DNA of 64,000 nucleotides, taken from the IMG/VR virus record IMGVR_UViG_3300045988_161114, positions 96,001 through 160,000 of that record. One strand, 5' to 3'. Positions 38,776-46,860 of this stretch are shown one piece after another. The notes under the pieces are model-generated. The model did no database searches. It was not told the DNA's origin and saw nothing but the letters and a program-made list of their open reading frames with translations. Each line of letters starts with the position of its first letter. The stretch's first letter is position 1. This DNA comes from a virus. Made by a program: the position numbers and the translations under genes.

Positions 38776-39711
38776 ATGGCCGACAAAGCAAAAGCTGCGA
38801 GAAAGCAGTTGCATAATATTGCAAACGGTATTAAGAATGCCGCGAAAGGTTATGCTGCTGCTATTGATCAGTCAGTTAAAAAACTCAATGAAGAAAAGGT
38901 TATCGCCGGCTTTATTGAGTACAAAACAGTAGCACACGAATACATTAAAAATGGTGTACTCGATACGGATCCATACGATGTTATGGATGAAACTAAACCC
39001 GAAACCAAACTTGGCAATGTTGCCGATTCAATTTTCACCAATTACAAGGAAGCCATCATGAAAACCGTAAACGCTAAAAACTTCAAATCTCAACAAGTTC
39101 TGGACGCTGAAATGAAAGAAATCAGCAAACTGGACGAATCCGGTGTACTGTTGCTGCACTCTGCTGTTGTGAAAGCCAACAAGGAATATATGGCCAACCA
39201 AAGCGAAGAAAACAAGGTACGTCTGTATGTTGAAGTTCGCAAATACATCCGTGCTGTTGCTCACTTTGGTACTAATGATATTACCGGTATCACTATTGCT
39301 CAAAGCAATATGGAAGCTGTGAATGAGGTTGCTTCTGATATTTTGTCAGAATTGAAGATGAATGTCAGCACTCATGAAGAAGCTGAAGCTATTGTAGAAT
39401 CCGTTAAAGATTCTATTAAGCAAACTCCTGAAGCCGTTAAGAAAGGCTGGACAGGTTCTATTATGGTCGGCCTCACCAAGGTTGGCGGTCTGTTGTGGGA
39501 CTTTGCCAAAGGTGTTGTATGCTATGTTTATAATGGCGCTAAGAAAGTAATTGGTTCCATTATCAAAGTATCTGCGCTGGCATTGTCTTGTATCATCGAT
39601 CTGCTGGACGCCGCTACTACCAAAGACTTTGGTGCTAGTGGTGCCAAAGGCATCATCCGTAAAGGTATGGTTGCCATGACTAATGTCGAAGAAGAAGCTG
39701 TTGCAGCATGA
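38776..39711 (+). CDS. hypothetical early protein with hydrophobic C-terminus (311 aa)
   Basis: AGAAAGGAAA RBS. GC-richer codon usage. C-terminal IMVGLTKVGGLLWDF...SALALSCIIDLL. Confidence 0.75.
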   Translation: MADKAKAARKQLHNIANGIKNAAKGYAAAIDQSVKKLNEEKVIAGFIEYKTVAHEYIKNGVLDTDPYDVMDETKPETKLGNVADSIFTNYKEAIMKTVNAKNFKSQQVLDAEMKEISKLDESGVLLLHSAVVKANKEYMANQSEENKVRLYVEVRKYIRAVAHFGTNDITGITIAQSNMEAVNEVASDILSELKMNVSTHEEAEAIVESVKDSIKQTPEAVKKGWTGSIMVGLTKVGGLLWDFAKGVVCYVYNGAKKVIGSIIKVSALALSCIIDLLDAATTKDFGASGAKGIIRKGMVAMTNVEEEAVAA

Positions 39712-39980
39712 TATATGCAGACGCTTCTGAAGTTGGCAAAGGTGTATTCTTAATTGGATACATCTCTGCTAACAATAGCAAAAGGGCTTATAAGCGCATT
39801 AAAGCAAAAGACAATAATGTTGCAGAAAGAGCCGCAATTGAATTTGCTTTACAGAATAGCGATGGGGAAGTTGTTGCTAGTGACAGTTTAAACAATGTTA
39901 CTGGTATTAATAACCCACAGGTTGTGTTTGTTCCTCGTAGCAATAACTTGGCAGACCTGTACATCAAAAGCTGTAAATAG
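39708..39980 (+). CDS. minimal RNase H-like (DEDD) protein (90 aa)
   Basis: IYADAS...NNVAERAAIEFAL...VASDSLNNV...PRSNNLADLY reproduces the D-E-D-D motif order of RNase H. ATGA overlap with the upstream gene. Confidence 0.5.
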   Translation: MIYADASEVGKGVFLIGYISANNSKRAYKRIKAKDNNVAERAAIEFALQNSDGEVVASDSLNNVTGINNPQVVFVPRSNNLADLYIKSCK

Positions 39981-39985
39981 AAATA

Positions 39986-40027
39986 AAGATCGACACTCCA
40001 TCATAGTGAGTGTCGATTTTTTATTGA
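39986..40027 (+). repeat. hairpin + T-tract cassette copy 10
   Basis: AAGATCGACACTC / GAGTGTCGATTT (5' arm fully complementary, no wobble at the core), then TTTTATTGA. Confidence 0.7.
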
Positions 40028-40093
40028 GGATAATGTTGTCCTCATTAACGGGTATTCGCCCACTTTTATTCTATTTTAAAAAAGGATCTTAAA

Positions 40094-41533
40094 ATGAACC
40101 AACAAGCAAACTTTGAAATCAACCCAGCTCGCATCATCTCTGTTGTACGCAACAACCCTGAAGACTTCCATGAAGTATCCGGTACTGTATACATGCCACG
40201 TCCTGAAAATCGTCGTGTGATTTACAGCATCAACCGCCGCGATACTGATAACGGTCCGGTATTCAGTGTTTACCGTACTCAGAATGTAATGGTGCCTGCG
40301 CCTTACAGCAATACCCGTAATGCCCGTGCTACCGGTTGGGTTATGGCAAATGCCGATGACCATTGGTCTGTAGCACAAAAAGGTGCTGTTGACTTTGTTA
40401 ACACTCCTGTTGGTGACCATAACCACTGGGCAATGGAAACAGCTCTGAAAAGCGATGTTTTCAATGCAATGTCAGTACAAGGTCAATGGACTTATACTTT
40501 TGTATGTCCGTCCGATGCAGTAAAACAGTCAGAGTATGACGTTATCAACCGTAATGCTTTGGCCATTTTGGGTTTGCAGTCTCAAAAAGAAAACCTGTCT
40601 ACAATGAACAGCCAATATGTTCACAATACCGGTGAAATCCGTACTATTGAAAAGGCAATGAATGTTAATGCCATCAATCAGCGTATGGAAGAACTGTACA
40701 AAGAATATTTGGTTCAAGTTGCTAAACTGGTCAAAGAAGAAAAACTGTTTAAAGGTGTAGCGATTTATGCTAACCGCGACACCCTTTTACCGATCGCATT
40801 GCCAGAACTTGGTGCTGGTTACGGTCGTGTTGGTAGCACAGCAAAAGACTTGTGGGAAAACACTTTGTTCCCTGCAAGCCGCGTAATTGCTGGTTTATTT
40901 ATGGTAGGTAAAGCAACAGTCAATATGGCTGATGTTGATCCTTTGCATTCTGACTTCACCTGCGGTATTCAAGTTACCCAAAACAGCGAGACACAATATA
41001 CTCGCCGCATTGTTGAAGTAACTAATCCTCAAGGTAATAAGATTGCAATCCGTACTACTTTGTATGATAACAATCGTGGCAATAGCAATAGCCGTCCTGA
41101 AGCCTTTGAACGTGGTATCACTAGCAATCCTGCTATTATTTACCAAGCCGGTAACCGTGTAACTATGGAAAGCCGTATTCAAGGTCAAGGACAGCCCTGG
41201 GTTACTGTACCGAATATCGTGATTTCCGAATACATCTTCGACCGCGCTGGTAGTGGTGTTGCCGCTCCTGTCGTATCAGAAGACTTCGATATGTTTGCTG
41301 CTCCTGTAGCGACTGTTGAAGAAGTTGAAGAAATCGATATCAACAAGATCGAAACAGTAAGCTCTGAAGCTCCGAAAGAGCAAACAGGTGTACAAGCAGC
41401 ACGTGCACGTCGTTTGGCTCGTGGTACTAAACAGGCTGCTGAAGAAAAAGAATCAACCCAAACAGTTGATGAATTGCTCTCCGGCGCTGATGGTACTGTA
41501 GATCAAGGTGAACAAGAAGAACCTGCTGCTTAA
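40094..41533 (+). CDS. abundant-type early protein with acidic C-terminal tail (479 aa); function unknown
   Basis: AAAAGGA RBS. GC-richer codon usage. The C-terminus is acidic (EEVEEIDINK...GEQEEPAA). Followed by a canonical terminator. Confidence 0.75.
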   Translation: MNQQANFEINPARIISVVRNNPEDFHEVSGTVYMPRPENRRVIYSINRRDTDNGPVFSVYRTQNVMVPAPYSNTRNARATGWVMANADDHWSVAQKGAVDFVNTPVGDHNHWAMETALKSDVFNAMSVQGQWTYTFVCPSDAVKQSEYDVINRNALAILGLQSQKENLSTMNSQYVHNTGEIRTIEKAMNVNAINQRMEELYKEYLVQVAKLVKEEKLFKGVAIYANRDTLLPIALPELGAGYGRVGSTAKDLWENTLFPASRVIAGLFMVGKATVNMADVDPLHSDFTCGIQVTQNSETQYTRRIVEVTNPQGNKIAIRTTLYDNNRGNSNSRPEAFERGITSNPAIIYQAGNRVTMESRIQGQGQPWVTVPNIVISEYIFDRAGSGVAAPVVSEDFDMFAAPVATVEEVEEIDINKIETVSSEAPKEQTGVQAARARRLARGTKQAAEEKESTQTVDELLSGADGTVDQGEQEEPAA

Positions 41534-41548
41534 TGTAGTAAAAGAAAA

Positions 41549-41577
41549 GGTCCCACTTTTAGGAGTGGGATCTTTTT
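41549..41577 (+). terminator. intrinsic terminator
   Basis: GGTCCCACT tttagg AGTGGGATC + TTTTT. Confidence 0.8.
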
Positions 41578-41607
41578 ATGATTAAATTCTTGTTGGAGGT
41601 AATAAAA

Positions 41608-41949
41608 ATGGATATTAAAGATATCAATGTTGGCCAAATCGTTGTAGATAAATTCGGGAATGAATACGAAGTTATCGACACTGATATATCCCAGTGTATT
41701 GCAAAATTGAAATGCACCAAGTTTGTAACAGAAAGTCGTACAGATCCTGTTTTTAAATTTGACAGGCTCGGTAAAGTACTTTGGGTTGGTTCAAATGGTG
41801 TATATCCAGGATATGATGTTACCTCAGATATTCTTATTCAAACGTTAAAATTAAAGGTCGGCAATAAAAATTCGGATAACGAACTTGAAGAGCTTAAAAA
41901 GCGAGTAGAGCGTTTAGAGAAATTAGTTGGCGTAACTAATTTGAGTTAA
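41608..41949 (+). CDS. hypothetical protein (113 aa)
   Basis: TTGGAGG RBS + ATG 41608. C-terminal coiled-coil-like ELEELKKRVERLEKLV. Confidence 0.7.
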   Translation: MDIKDINVGQIVVDKFGNEYEVIDTDISQCIAKLKCTKFVTESRTDPVFKFDRLGKVLWVGSNGVYPGYDVTSDILIQTLKLKVGNKNSDNELEELKKRVERLEKLVGVTNLS

Positions 41950-42085
41950 CAATCATAAAAGAGTATGATTTTATATCATTTCTTATGGCTATTATTGTTA
42001 TACTATCAACAATAGGAATATTGTATATATTAGAGGCGGTAATAACTTTATTATTTAAGTTTCTTTTTTGTGTAGAGGTGTTGAT

Positions 42086-42346
42086 ATGTTTGTATTTGGA
42101 AGTGTTTGGGATTACTTGCTATATAATTCAATTGTAAATAATCCTATCGGATTGTTATACATAATTGGGTTGGTAGTATATACAGCGCTTATAGTAGTTA
42201 ATCTATCCGCCGCCGTTGATAAGATTAAGTGGTTTAAGAAACGACAAAATAGTCAAATCTTTATCACAATACTAATACTAATCTCTATTGTATTAGGACA
42301 TATAGCAACTGTATTAACAGGTAAGCTAATTTCTGTCCTGATATAG
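42086..42346 (+). CDS. two-TM membrane protein (86 aa)
   Basis: GAGGTG RBS + ATG 42086. Two hydrophobic segments. Confidence 0.55.
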   Translation: MFVFGSVWDYLLYNSIVNNPIGLLYIIGLVVYTALIVVNLSAAVDKIKWFKKRQNSQIFITILILISIVLGHIATVLTGKLISVLI

Positions 42347-42349
42347 AAA

Positions 42350-43620
42350 GCAATACAATACGGGGCGAGCGTAAGCGAGCCACTTTACCAATAAAGATTA
42401 CAACAATACAGTGTCTATTATTTTTTGAGCATAAAAGATACTGGCTGCGATTTTATATATCGTTGTATACATATATATAAGTGAATTAAAAGCAATAGAA
42501 GAATAAATAGTATGTTTATATATAAGGTACAATACAGGTATATATAACAGTAATACAATAGATAGATAAATAGCACATGTCCGGCGCGGCATGTGTTGTA
42601 ATAAGTACAGTTATGAATAGTACAGATACGACAAAATTACCGAATACTATAGATAAGTATACGGCGGGCGCTCCTATTTAAAGGATTCGTTAAAAAATTA
42701 AGTTGTTCACTAAGTGTATATACCAATAAATACAATAAGAAATAGTATATTACTAGGGATTATATCAAGCATACTGTATATGCTAATACCCACCGTGACC
42801 ACACGATGTCGCTGGGGACGTAACCTTACAGCTTCACAGCCCAATTCAGGAACCAAGCATTGCTTATATAGTACACTTATTAGATATAAAACGCCGCTAA
42901 TAAGTATAATACCTCTGTAGTGTATAAATAAATATACATTGACAAAGAACCCTTTAAAAAGAATACAACAAGCACTGATGCGATACAGGAAATATAGAAT
43001 AAGAAAAGGGATAAATTCTAATATATGTATGCCTTTCCATGCACTTAAGGAGTTTATAGTCTCTCCAGTAGGACTACTCTCTAACAATATATATAAGTAT
43101 AGTATATATAGTATAAGAATGCAATCCCTTAATTTTAAAATTGTACTGATATCAGTTGTAGATGTAATTATTTTGACATCTAAAGCCACAGAGTGGCTTG
43201 TATTGTATCATCTTTTTGATCGCTGTACCAGGTACATGTATCTTAAACTTCTTTAATTGGTATTTAGTATATAAGGAATACACTAAGTGTATTCAGTATT
43301 AAAAGTATATTTAGAATTTTAAAATATAGATTACATTTCATAGTATTAAATAATTATATAAATTGCTGTAGTGTATTCTTATATATGTATATATGTGTAT
43401 ATGGTATTGTTTTATTGTATTAGGGCTATTTGTTAATAGCCTTTATTGTATTTTTATTTATTTATTCTTATATAGGTGTTTTTTATTATGATTAGTGTAG
43501 ATTTAATTGTTGCTTTATTGTTTTATGTTTGTTCTATTTTTATTGTATATTTTATTTTATGTACAATTGATCAATAGAGAAATAAGTGGCGCGGGTATAT
43601 GTATATATCACTGTAGTGCT
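42350..43620. other. ORF-poor, cassette-free AT-rich block with TATA/GTATA-type low complexity and isolated GC islands; origin or genome-end candidate
   Basis: Only compositionally odd (Y/I/L-rich) ORFs overlapping on both strands. Words ATAAGTATA, TATATATAAG and AATACAATA recur. GC islands: GCGAGCgtaaGCGAGC (42366), CACATGtccGGCGCGGCATGTG (42575), GGCGGGCGC (42663), GGCGCGGG (43589). Confidence 0.35.
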
Positions 43621-43626
43621 TTATTT

Positions 43627-43658
43627 AAATATCGACTTTAGTGTCGATATTTTATTGA
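43627..43658 (+). repeat. hairpin + T-tract cassette copy 11
   Basis: AAATATCGAC tttagt GTCGATATTT, then TATTGA. 33 nt upstream of ATG 43685. Confidence 0.7.
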
Positions 43659-43684
43659 TTTATTTTTATTAGTTTGGAGTAATT

Positions 43685-43807
43685 ATGCCACTATTTATTG
43701 AGTTAGTTCAAATTCTTTTAATTGTTATTGTTCTTTTTTGCATATTTTGTATGATTATCTTGACTTGTATTATTATTAAAAGTTTATATGATATTTATTT
43801 TAAATAA
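43685..43807 (+). CDS. hydrophobic peptide (40 aa)
   Basis: TTTGGAG RBS + 6 nt + ATG, directly after cassette 11. MPLFIELVQILLIVIVLFCIFCMIILTCIIIKSLYDIYFK. Confidence 0.55.
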   Translation: MPLFIELVQILLIVIVLFCIFCMIILTCIIIKSLYDIYFK

Positions 43808-43834
43808 CAAGAATATATTTGAATGGCAATATAT

Positions 43835-43867
43835 AAGGTCGGCACAATAGTGTCGACTTTTTATTGA
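43835..43867 (+). repeat. hairpin + T-tract cassette copy 12
   Basis: AAGGTCGGCAC aata GTGTCGACTTT, then TTATTGA. Confidence 0.7.
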
Positions 43868-43892
43868 TTAAATTTTATCCTGCGGGTCTATT

Positions 43893-43967
43893 ATGATTAA
43901 GTTCATAGAAAATATGACATTGAATCAATACATGAAATTCTATGTCTTCCTTATTTTATTAATCTAA
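43893..43967 (+). CDS. possible 24-aa peptide
   Basis: ATG lies 33 nt after cassette 12, the usual spacing, but there is no clear RBS. MIKFIENMTLNQYMKFYVFLILLI. Confidence 0.25.
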   Translation: MIKFIENMTLNQYMKFYVFLILLI

Positions 43968-43980
43968 GAAAGGGTTAATT

Positions 43981-44094
43981 ATGGGACTTGAAACAGCTAT
44001 TACAGTATACATGTCTGTACTGTTTGTCATCATGTTTTTAGGATGGTTAGCATTTACTGTCCTGGAAGGTTTTTTATTACAAAAGAAAGGATAA
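43981..44094 (+). CDS. hydrophobic peptide (37 aa)
   Basis: GAAAGGG RBS. MGLETAITVYMSVLFVIMFLGWLAFTVLEGFLLQKKG. Confidence 0.5.
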   Translation: MGLETAITVYMSVLFVIMFLGWLAFTVLEGFLLQKKG

Positions 44095-44097
44095 GTC

Positions 44098-44460
44098 ATG
44101 ATTGGGCTTATTGTATTTGGATCACTAGTGACTAGTGTTGCCATTATTTCTATTTTGGCTAAGGCATCGCCGAAATTATTAAAACGTGTATTGGGATATG
44201 AAGCCTATGTTGATTTAGCATTTTCATTGCTGATTGGTATGGCTTGCGGTTTTTCTGGTACTATGTCCGGTTTCGTAATTGGTGCAGCTACTGGTCTGAT
44301 TTTTGGTGTTACTCTTTTTATTCTTGCGCGGGTTTATGGTTATGCTTGTTATGAAAAGCAGGAAGATGGTACCTATAAATGGGTTGAATATGAACCCAAG
44401 TTCAAGATCTCCAATTGGCTGTCTAAATATACCAATAAAAATATTGGTAAGTTTGCATAA
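44098..44460 (+). CDS. multi-TM membrane protein (120 aa)
   Basis: AAAGGA RBS. Three hydrophobic segments. Confidence 0.7.
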   Translation: MIGLIVFGSLVTSVAIISILAKASPKLLKRVLGYEAYVDLAFSLLIGMACGFSGTMSGFVIGAATGLIFGVTLFILARVYGYACYEKQEDGTYKWVEYEPKFKISNWLSKYTNKNIGKFA

Positions 44461-44523
44461 GGTTTCATCATGACATTTTATCTTTTGTATTTGTTTTTAA
44501 TTTCCATCTTTTAAGGTGAAAGT

Positions 44524-44766
44524 ATGAAAAAGTATTTCATTGGTGCATCAACTATTGCACTTGCTCGTCTGCTTTATAAGAAAGATGGTAATATCTCTCT
44601 TACTAAAGTTTGTGCTATTCTTGGCATTTCTGTTTTTGTTATTTTGTATGCCCCGGGCGTACTTGAATTTTTTGTAACATTAGCAGTATTAGCTGTTTTT
44701 GGCTATGTTGCTTTTGGTATTGTTAAAGCTGTTATGGACGGCAGCTTGTCAAAAATTTCTAAATGA
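44524..44766 (+). CDS. two-TM membrane protein (80 aa)
   Basis: AAGGTGAAAG RBS. Hydrophobic segments CAILGISVFVILYAPGV and LAVLAVFGYVAFGIV. Confidence 0.7.
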   Translation: MKKYFIGASTIALARLLYKKDGNISLTKVCAILGISVFVILYAPGVLEFFVTLAVLAVFGYVAFGIVKAVMDGSLSKISK

Positions 44767-44815
44767 TAATTTCTCATTAATGATATATCATTTATATTTT
44801 GATCTTAAAGTTTTT

Positions 44816-44847
44816 GGAAATCGACCTTAGTGTCGATTTCTTTTTGA
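44816..44847 (+). repeat. hairpin + T-tract cassette copy 13
   Basis: GGAAATCGAC cttagt GTCGATTTC, then TTTTTGA. 39 nt upstream of ATG 44880. Confidence 0.7.
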
Positions 44848-44879
44848 TTATTTTTATTTTAATAGAAAAGGATTTTGTT

Positions 44880-45095
44880 ATGCTTCCATTTGATTATAAA
44901 AAAGCTTTGAGTGGCCGTCATTTATGCAAGCTTAAGAATGGTATGTATGCAATTTTATATGCCGATATAAGCAATGATCCTCGTATTCCTAATGAACATG
45001 AATCCCCTTTATTAGGTATCGTATTTAACCTTGATAAAGTGTCATATCCTCAGCATTGGACTCTTTCAGGTAGATTTAAAGTCAATAGTGATTAA
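44880..45095 (+). CDS. hypothetical protein (71 aa)
   Basis: AAAAGGA RBS + ATG 44880. Ends at a TAA that is in frame with the next ORF. Confidence 0.6.
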   Translation: MLPFDYKKALSGRHLCKLKNGMYAILYADISNDPRIPNEHESPLLGIVFNLDKVSYPQHWTLSGRFKVNSD

Positions 45096-45125
45096 AACAT
45101 TATTGGAATTCTTGACCCCCATGAA

Positions 45126-45329
45126 TTGGACACTGTTGATGCGATCAGAATTTTAAAAGAGGCTTGCAAATCTAAAATGCCGGTACAATGGGATGGCTGT
45201 CTAATTGATAAGCCTCTTACTGTTGAAGAAGTGTATCCTAGTGGAAATTTTAAGCTGTCTTTTGGTAAATGGGTATATAATACCGACGGAAGCGAACTTC
45301 CGAATATTCGTATTGTTCATAAGGAGTAA
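45126..45329 (+). CDS. ORF in frame with the preceding gene; no ATG or RBS (67 codons)
   Basis: Same frame as 44880-45095, separated by a single TAA (45093-45095) plus 10 sense codons. TTG start only. Confidence 0.35.
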   Translation: MDTVDAIRILKEACKSKMPVQWDGCLIDKPLTVEEVYPSGNFKLSFGKWVYNTDGSELPNIRIVHKE

Positions 45330-45331
45330 CT

Positions 45332-45481
45332 ATGGTTGCACGTCCCAATTTAAAAATTCCACTACTGACAGTGCTCTCATTGATTCTGAAAAAGTATCTG
45401 ATGCTGGCGTTAAATCTGATCCTCGTGATGAATCAAATTTTGATAAACCTAAGGACGGTACATTTATTAAGCCTGAAATGA
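45332..45481 (+). CDS. alternative 49-aa hydrophobic ORF
   Basis: Best RBS in the region (AAGGAG + 5 nt + ATG). Its TGA overlaps ATG 45478 (ATGA). It conflicts with the hydrophilic reading of the overlapping frame. Confidence 0.35.
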   Translation: MVARPNLKIPLLTVLSLILKKYLMLALNLILVMNQILINLRTVHLLSLK

Positions 45482-45801
45482 TTGTTGATTTTCATGGCAA
45501 ATATTTTGTTACAGATCGTGGAATACAGGTTTATGTAGATGCCAGATATTGTCATCATAAATGGCGGTATGAAGGCAGCTCTATACAGAAAGGTAAAGAA
45601 AAATTTGACATTTGGGATGTTAATGGATATTCTCCTGATTCTGGTACTATTGTTGGTTTTAGTGATAGCAGCAAATACAATGCAGCGCATTGGGATGTTC
45701 CTAAGCATTGGAAAGAATATACCGATTACCATAAAACTGATTGGGAAGAAATTGGGTTTCTTGAACACAAGAAACGCCAAGAGCGTTACTCCATGAATTG
45801 A
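45478..45801 (+). CDS. hypothetical protein (107 aa core; the frame is open upstream to 45205)
   Basis: MIVDFHGKYFVTDRGIQVYVDARYCHHKWRYEG... The start is ambiguous. Confidence 0.55.
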   Translation: MIVDFHGKYFVTDRGIQVYVDARYCHHKWRYEGSSIQKGKEKFDIWDVNGYSPDSGTIVGFSDSSKYNAAHWDVPKHWKEYTDYHKTDWEEIGFLEHKKRQERYSMN

Positions 45802-45805
45802 TTAT

Positions 45806-45840
45806 AAAAGTTGACACAATAGTGTCAACTTTTTTTTTGG
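45806..45840 (+). repeat. hairpin + T-tract cassette copy 14 (compensatory variant)
   Basis: AAAAGTTGACAC aata GTGTCAACTTTT + TTTTTGG. TCGA is changed to TCAA with a matching TTGA in the 5' arm. Confidence 0.75.
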
Positions 45841-45862
45841 TTAAAATATTTTGGAGTCTATC

Positions 45863-46366
45863 ATGGATTTAATTGAAACTATCAAAGAAATGAATAAAGA
45901 AATGGCTGAAAAGTTTCCTGAAATAAATTATGGAGGCTGCGGTAAATCATCTTTTACTTTGTTTAATCTTCTTTCAAAGATAAAAGGTGTATCAAATGTT
46001 GGCATATCAGTAACTTGGTATAGAGATAATCATGATTGCGGTTATAATAAAATTCGTAAAATAAAAATTACAGACGATAATGTTATGCGCTGTATCGATA
46101 GCCACGATTGGGATCATATTATGGTTAAATTCAAATATAATGGAAAAGTTTATTATGTCGATCCATTAAGAATTGTTCATGTAAAAGATCTCAAATCTAA
46201 TAATTTAAATGCTCATTATGGCACTGTCAATGCTAATAGTATTATATATATTATCCGTAAATCAGGCGTTATTTGGAATTGGATATGGACTTCTGTTAAA
46301 AAAGATAATGAAGCCCGTCTTGTTATGAAAAAGTATTTGAGACCACATTTTAAGAAAGGAAAATAA
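45863..46366 (+). CDS. hypothetical protein (167 aa)
   Basis: TTGGAG RBS + 6 nt + ATG 45863. Confidence 0.7.
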   Translation: MDLIETIKEMNKEMAEKFPEINYGGCGKSSFTLFNLLSKIKGVSNVGISVTWYRDNHDCGYNKIRKIKITDDNVMRCIDSHDWDHIMVKFKYNGKVYYVDPLRIVHVKDLKSNNLNAHYGTVNANSIIYIIRKSGVIWNWIWTSVKKDNEARLVMKKYLRPHFKKGK

Positions 46367-46367
46367 A

Positions 46368-46793
46368 ATGTCACCAGAAAAGTTTAATTTCTTTTATCGG
46401 ACTAATATCAAGTCCTATGAAAGATTTCTATCGACTATCAAGTTGAGCAATAAAATATTTGCTCAGCAAGAAAAAGCTTTGAATAAAGTATACTTTAGTC
46501 CTGCAAACTTTTTATACCCTAAATTATGGTTTAATTATTCTTTAAGTAATGATCTTTACTTTTTGAATAATGGTTTGTATTTTGAATCTCTGAAAATGAT
46601 CGAATATTTTGGAATTAGTGATGATAATCCTATTCCAAAATGTGACTTGAAAGCATTTATGCTTAGTGAGAACATTTCAAAGAATGCTAAAGGACGTATG
46701 CGTCACTTTTATGATATTCTTTGCCGCATTCATAATGAAATTCAAAGATTTAAATCTTTTAAATTTGATTGCTATCCAGAATCCTGGTTCTGA
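46368..46793 (+). CDS. hypothetical protein (141 aa)
   Basis: AAAGGAAAATAAAATG: RBS and start abut the previous stop. Confidence 0.7.
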   Translation: MSPEKFNFFYRTNIKSYERFLSTIKLSNKIFAQQEKALNKVYFSPANFLYPKLWFNYSLSNDLYFLNNGLYFESLKMIEYFGISDDNPIPKCDLKAFMLSENISKNAKGRMRHFYDILCRIHNEIQRFKSFKFDCYPESWF

Positions 46794-46800
46794 TTTAAAA

Positions 46801-46833
46801 ATGTTCGGCACATTAGTGTCGAATATTTTTTGA
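46801..46833 (+). repeat. hairpin + T-tract cassette copy 15
   Basis: ATGTTCGGCAC atta GTGTCGAATAT, then TTTTTGA. Confidence 0.7.
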
Positions 46834-46860
46834 TTAAAATCATTTTATTTGGAGTATGGT

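Noticed and set aside
42398-43256. Four track ORFs (64-159 aa) on both strands of the AT-rich block.
   Set aside because: They overlap each other, their translations are Y/I/L/K-rich and low-complexity, and they lack RBSs and the cassette module that serves real early genes. I treat the block as non-coding pending experimental data.
45318-45335. AAGGAG immediately before the TAA at 45327 looked like an RF2-style Shine-Dalgarno-stimulated +1 frameshift joining 45126-45329 to the 45205-45801 frame.
   Set aside because: There is no slippery P-site codon (GAG UAA C does not allow re-pairing) and no spacer between the SD-like element and the shift site. The AAGGAG is better explained as the RBS of ATG 45332.
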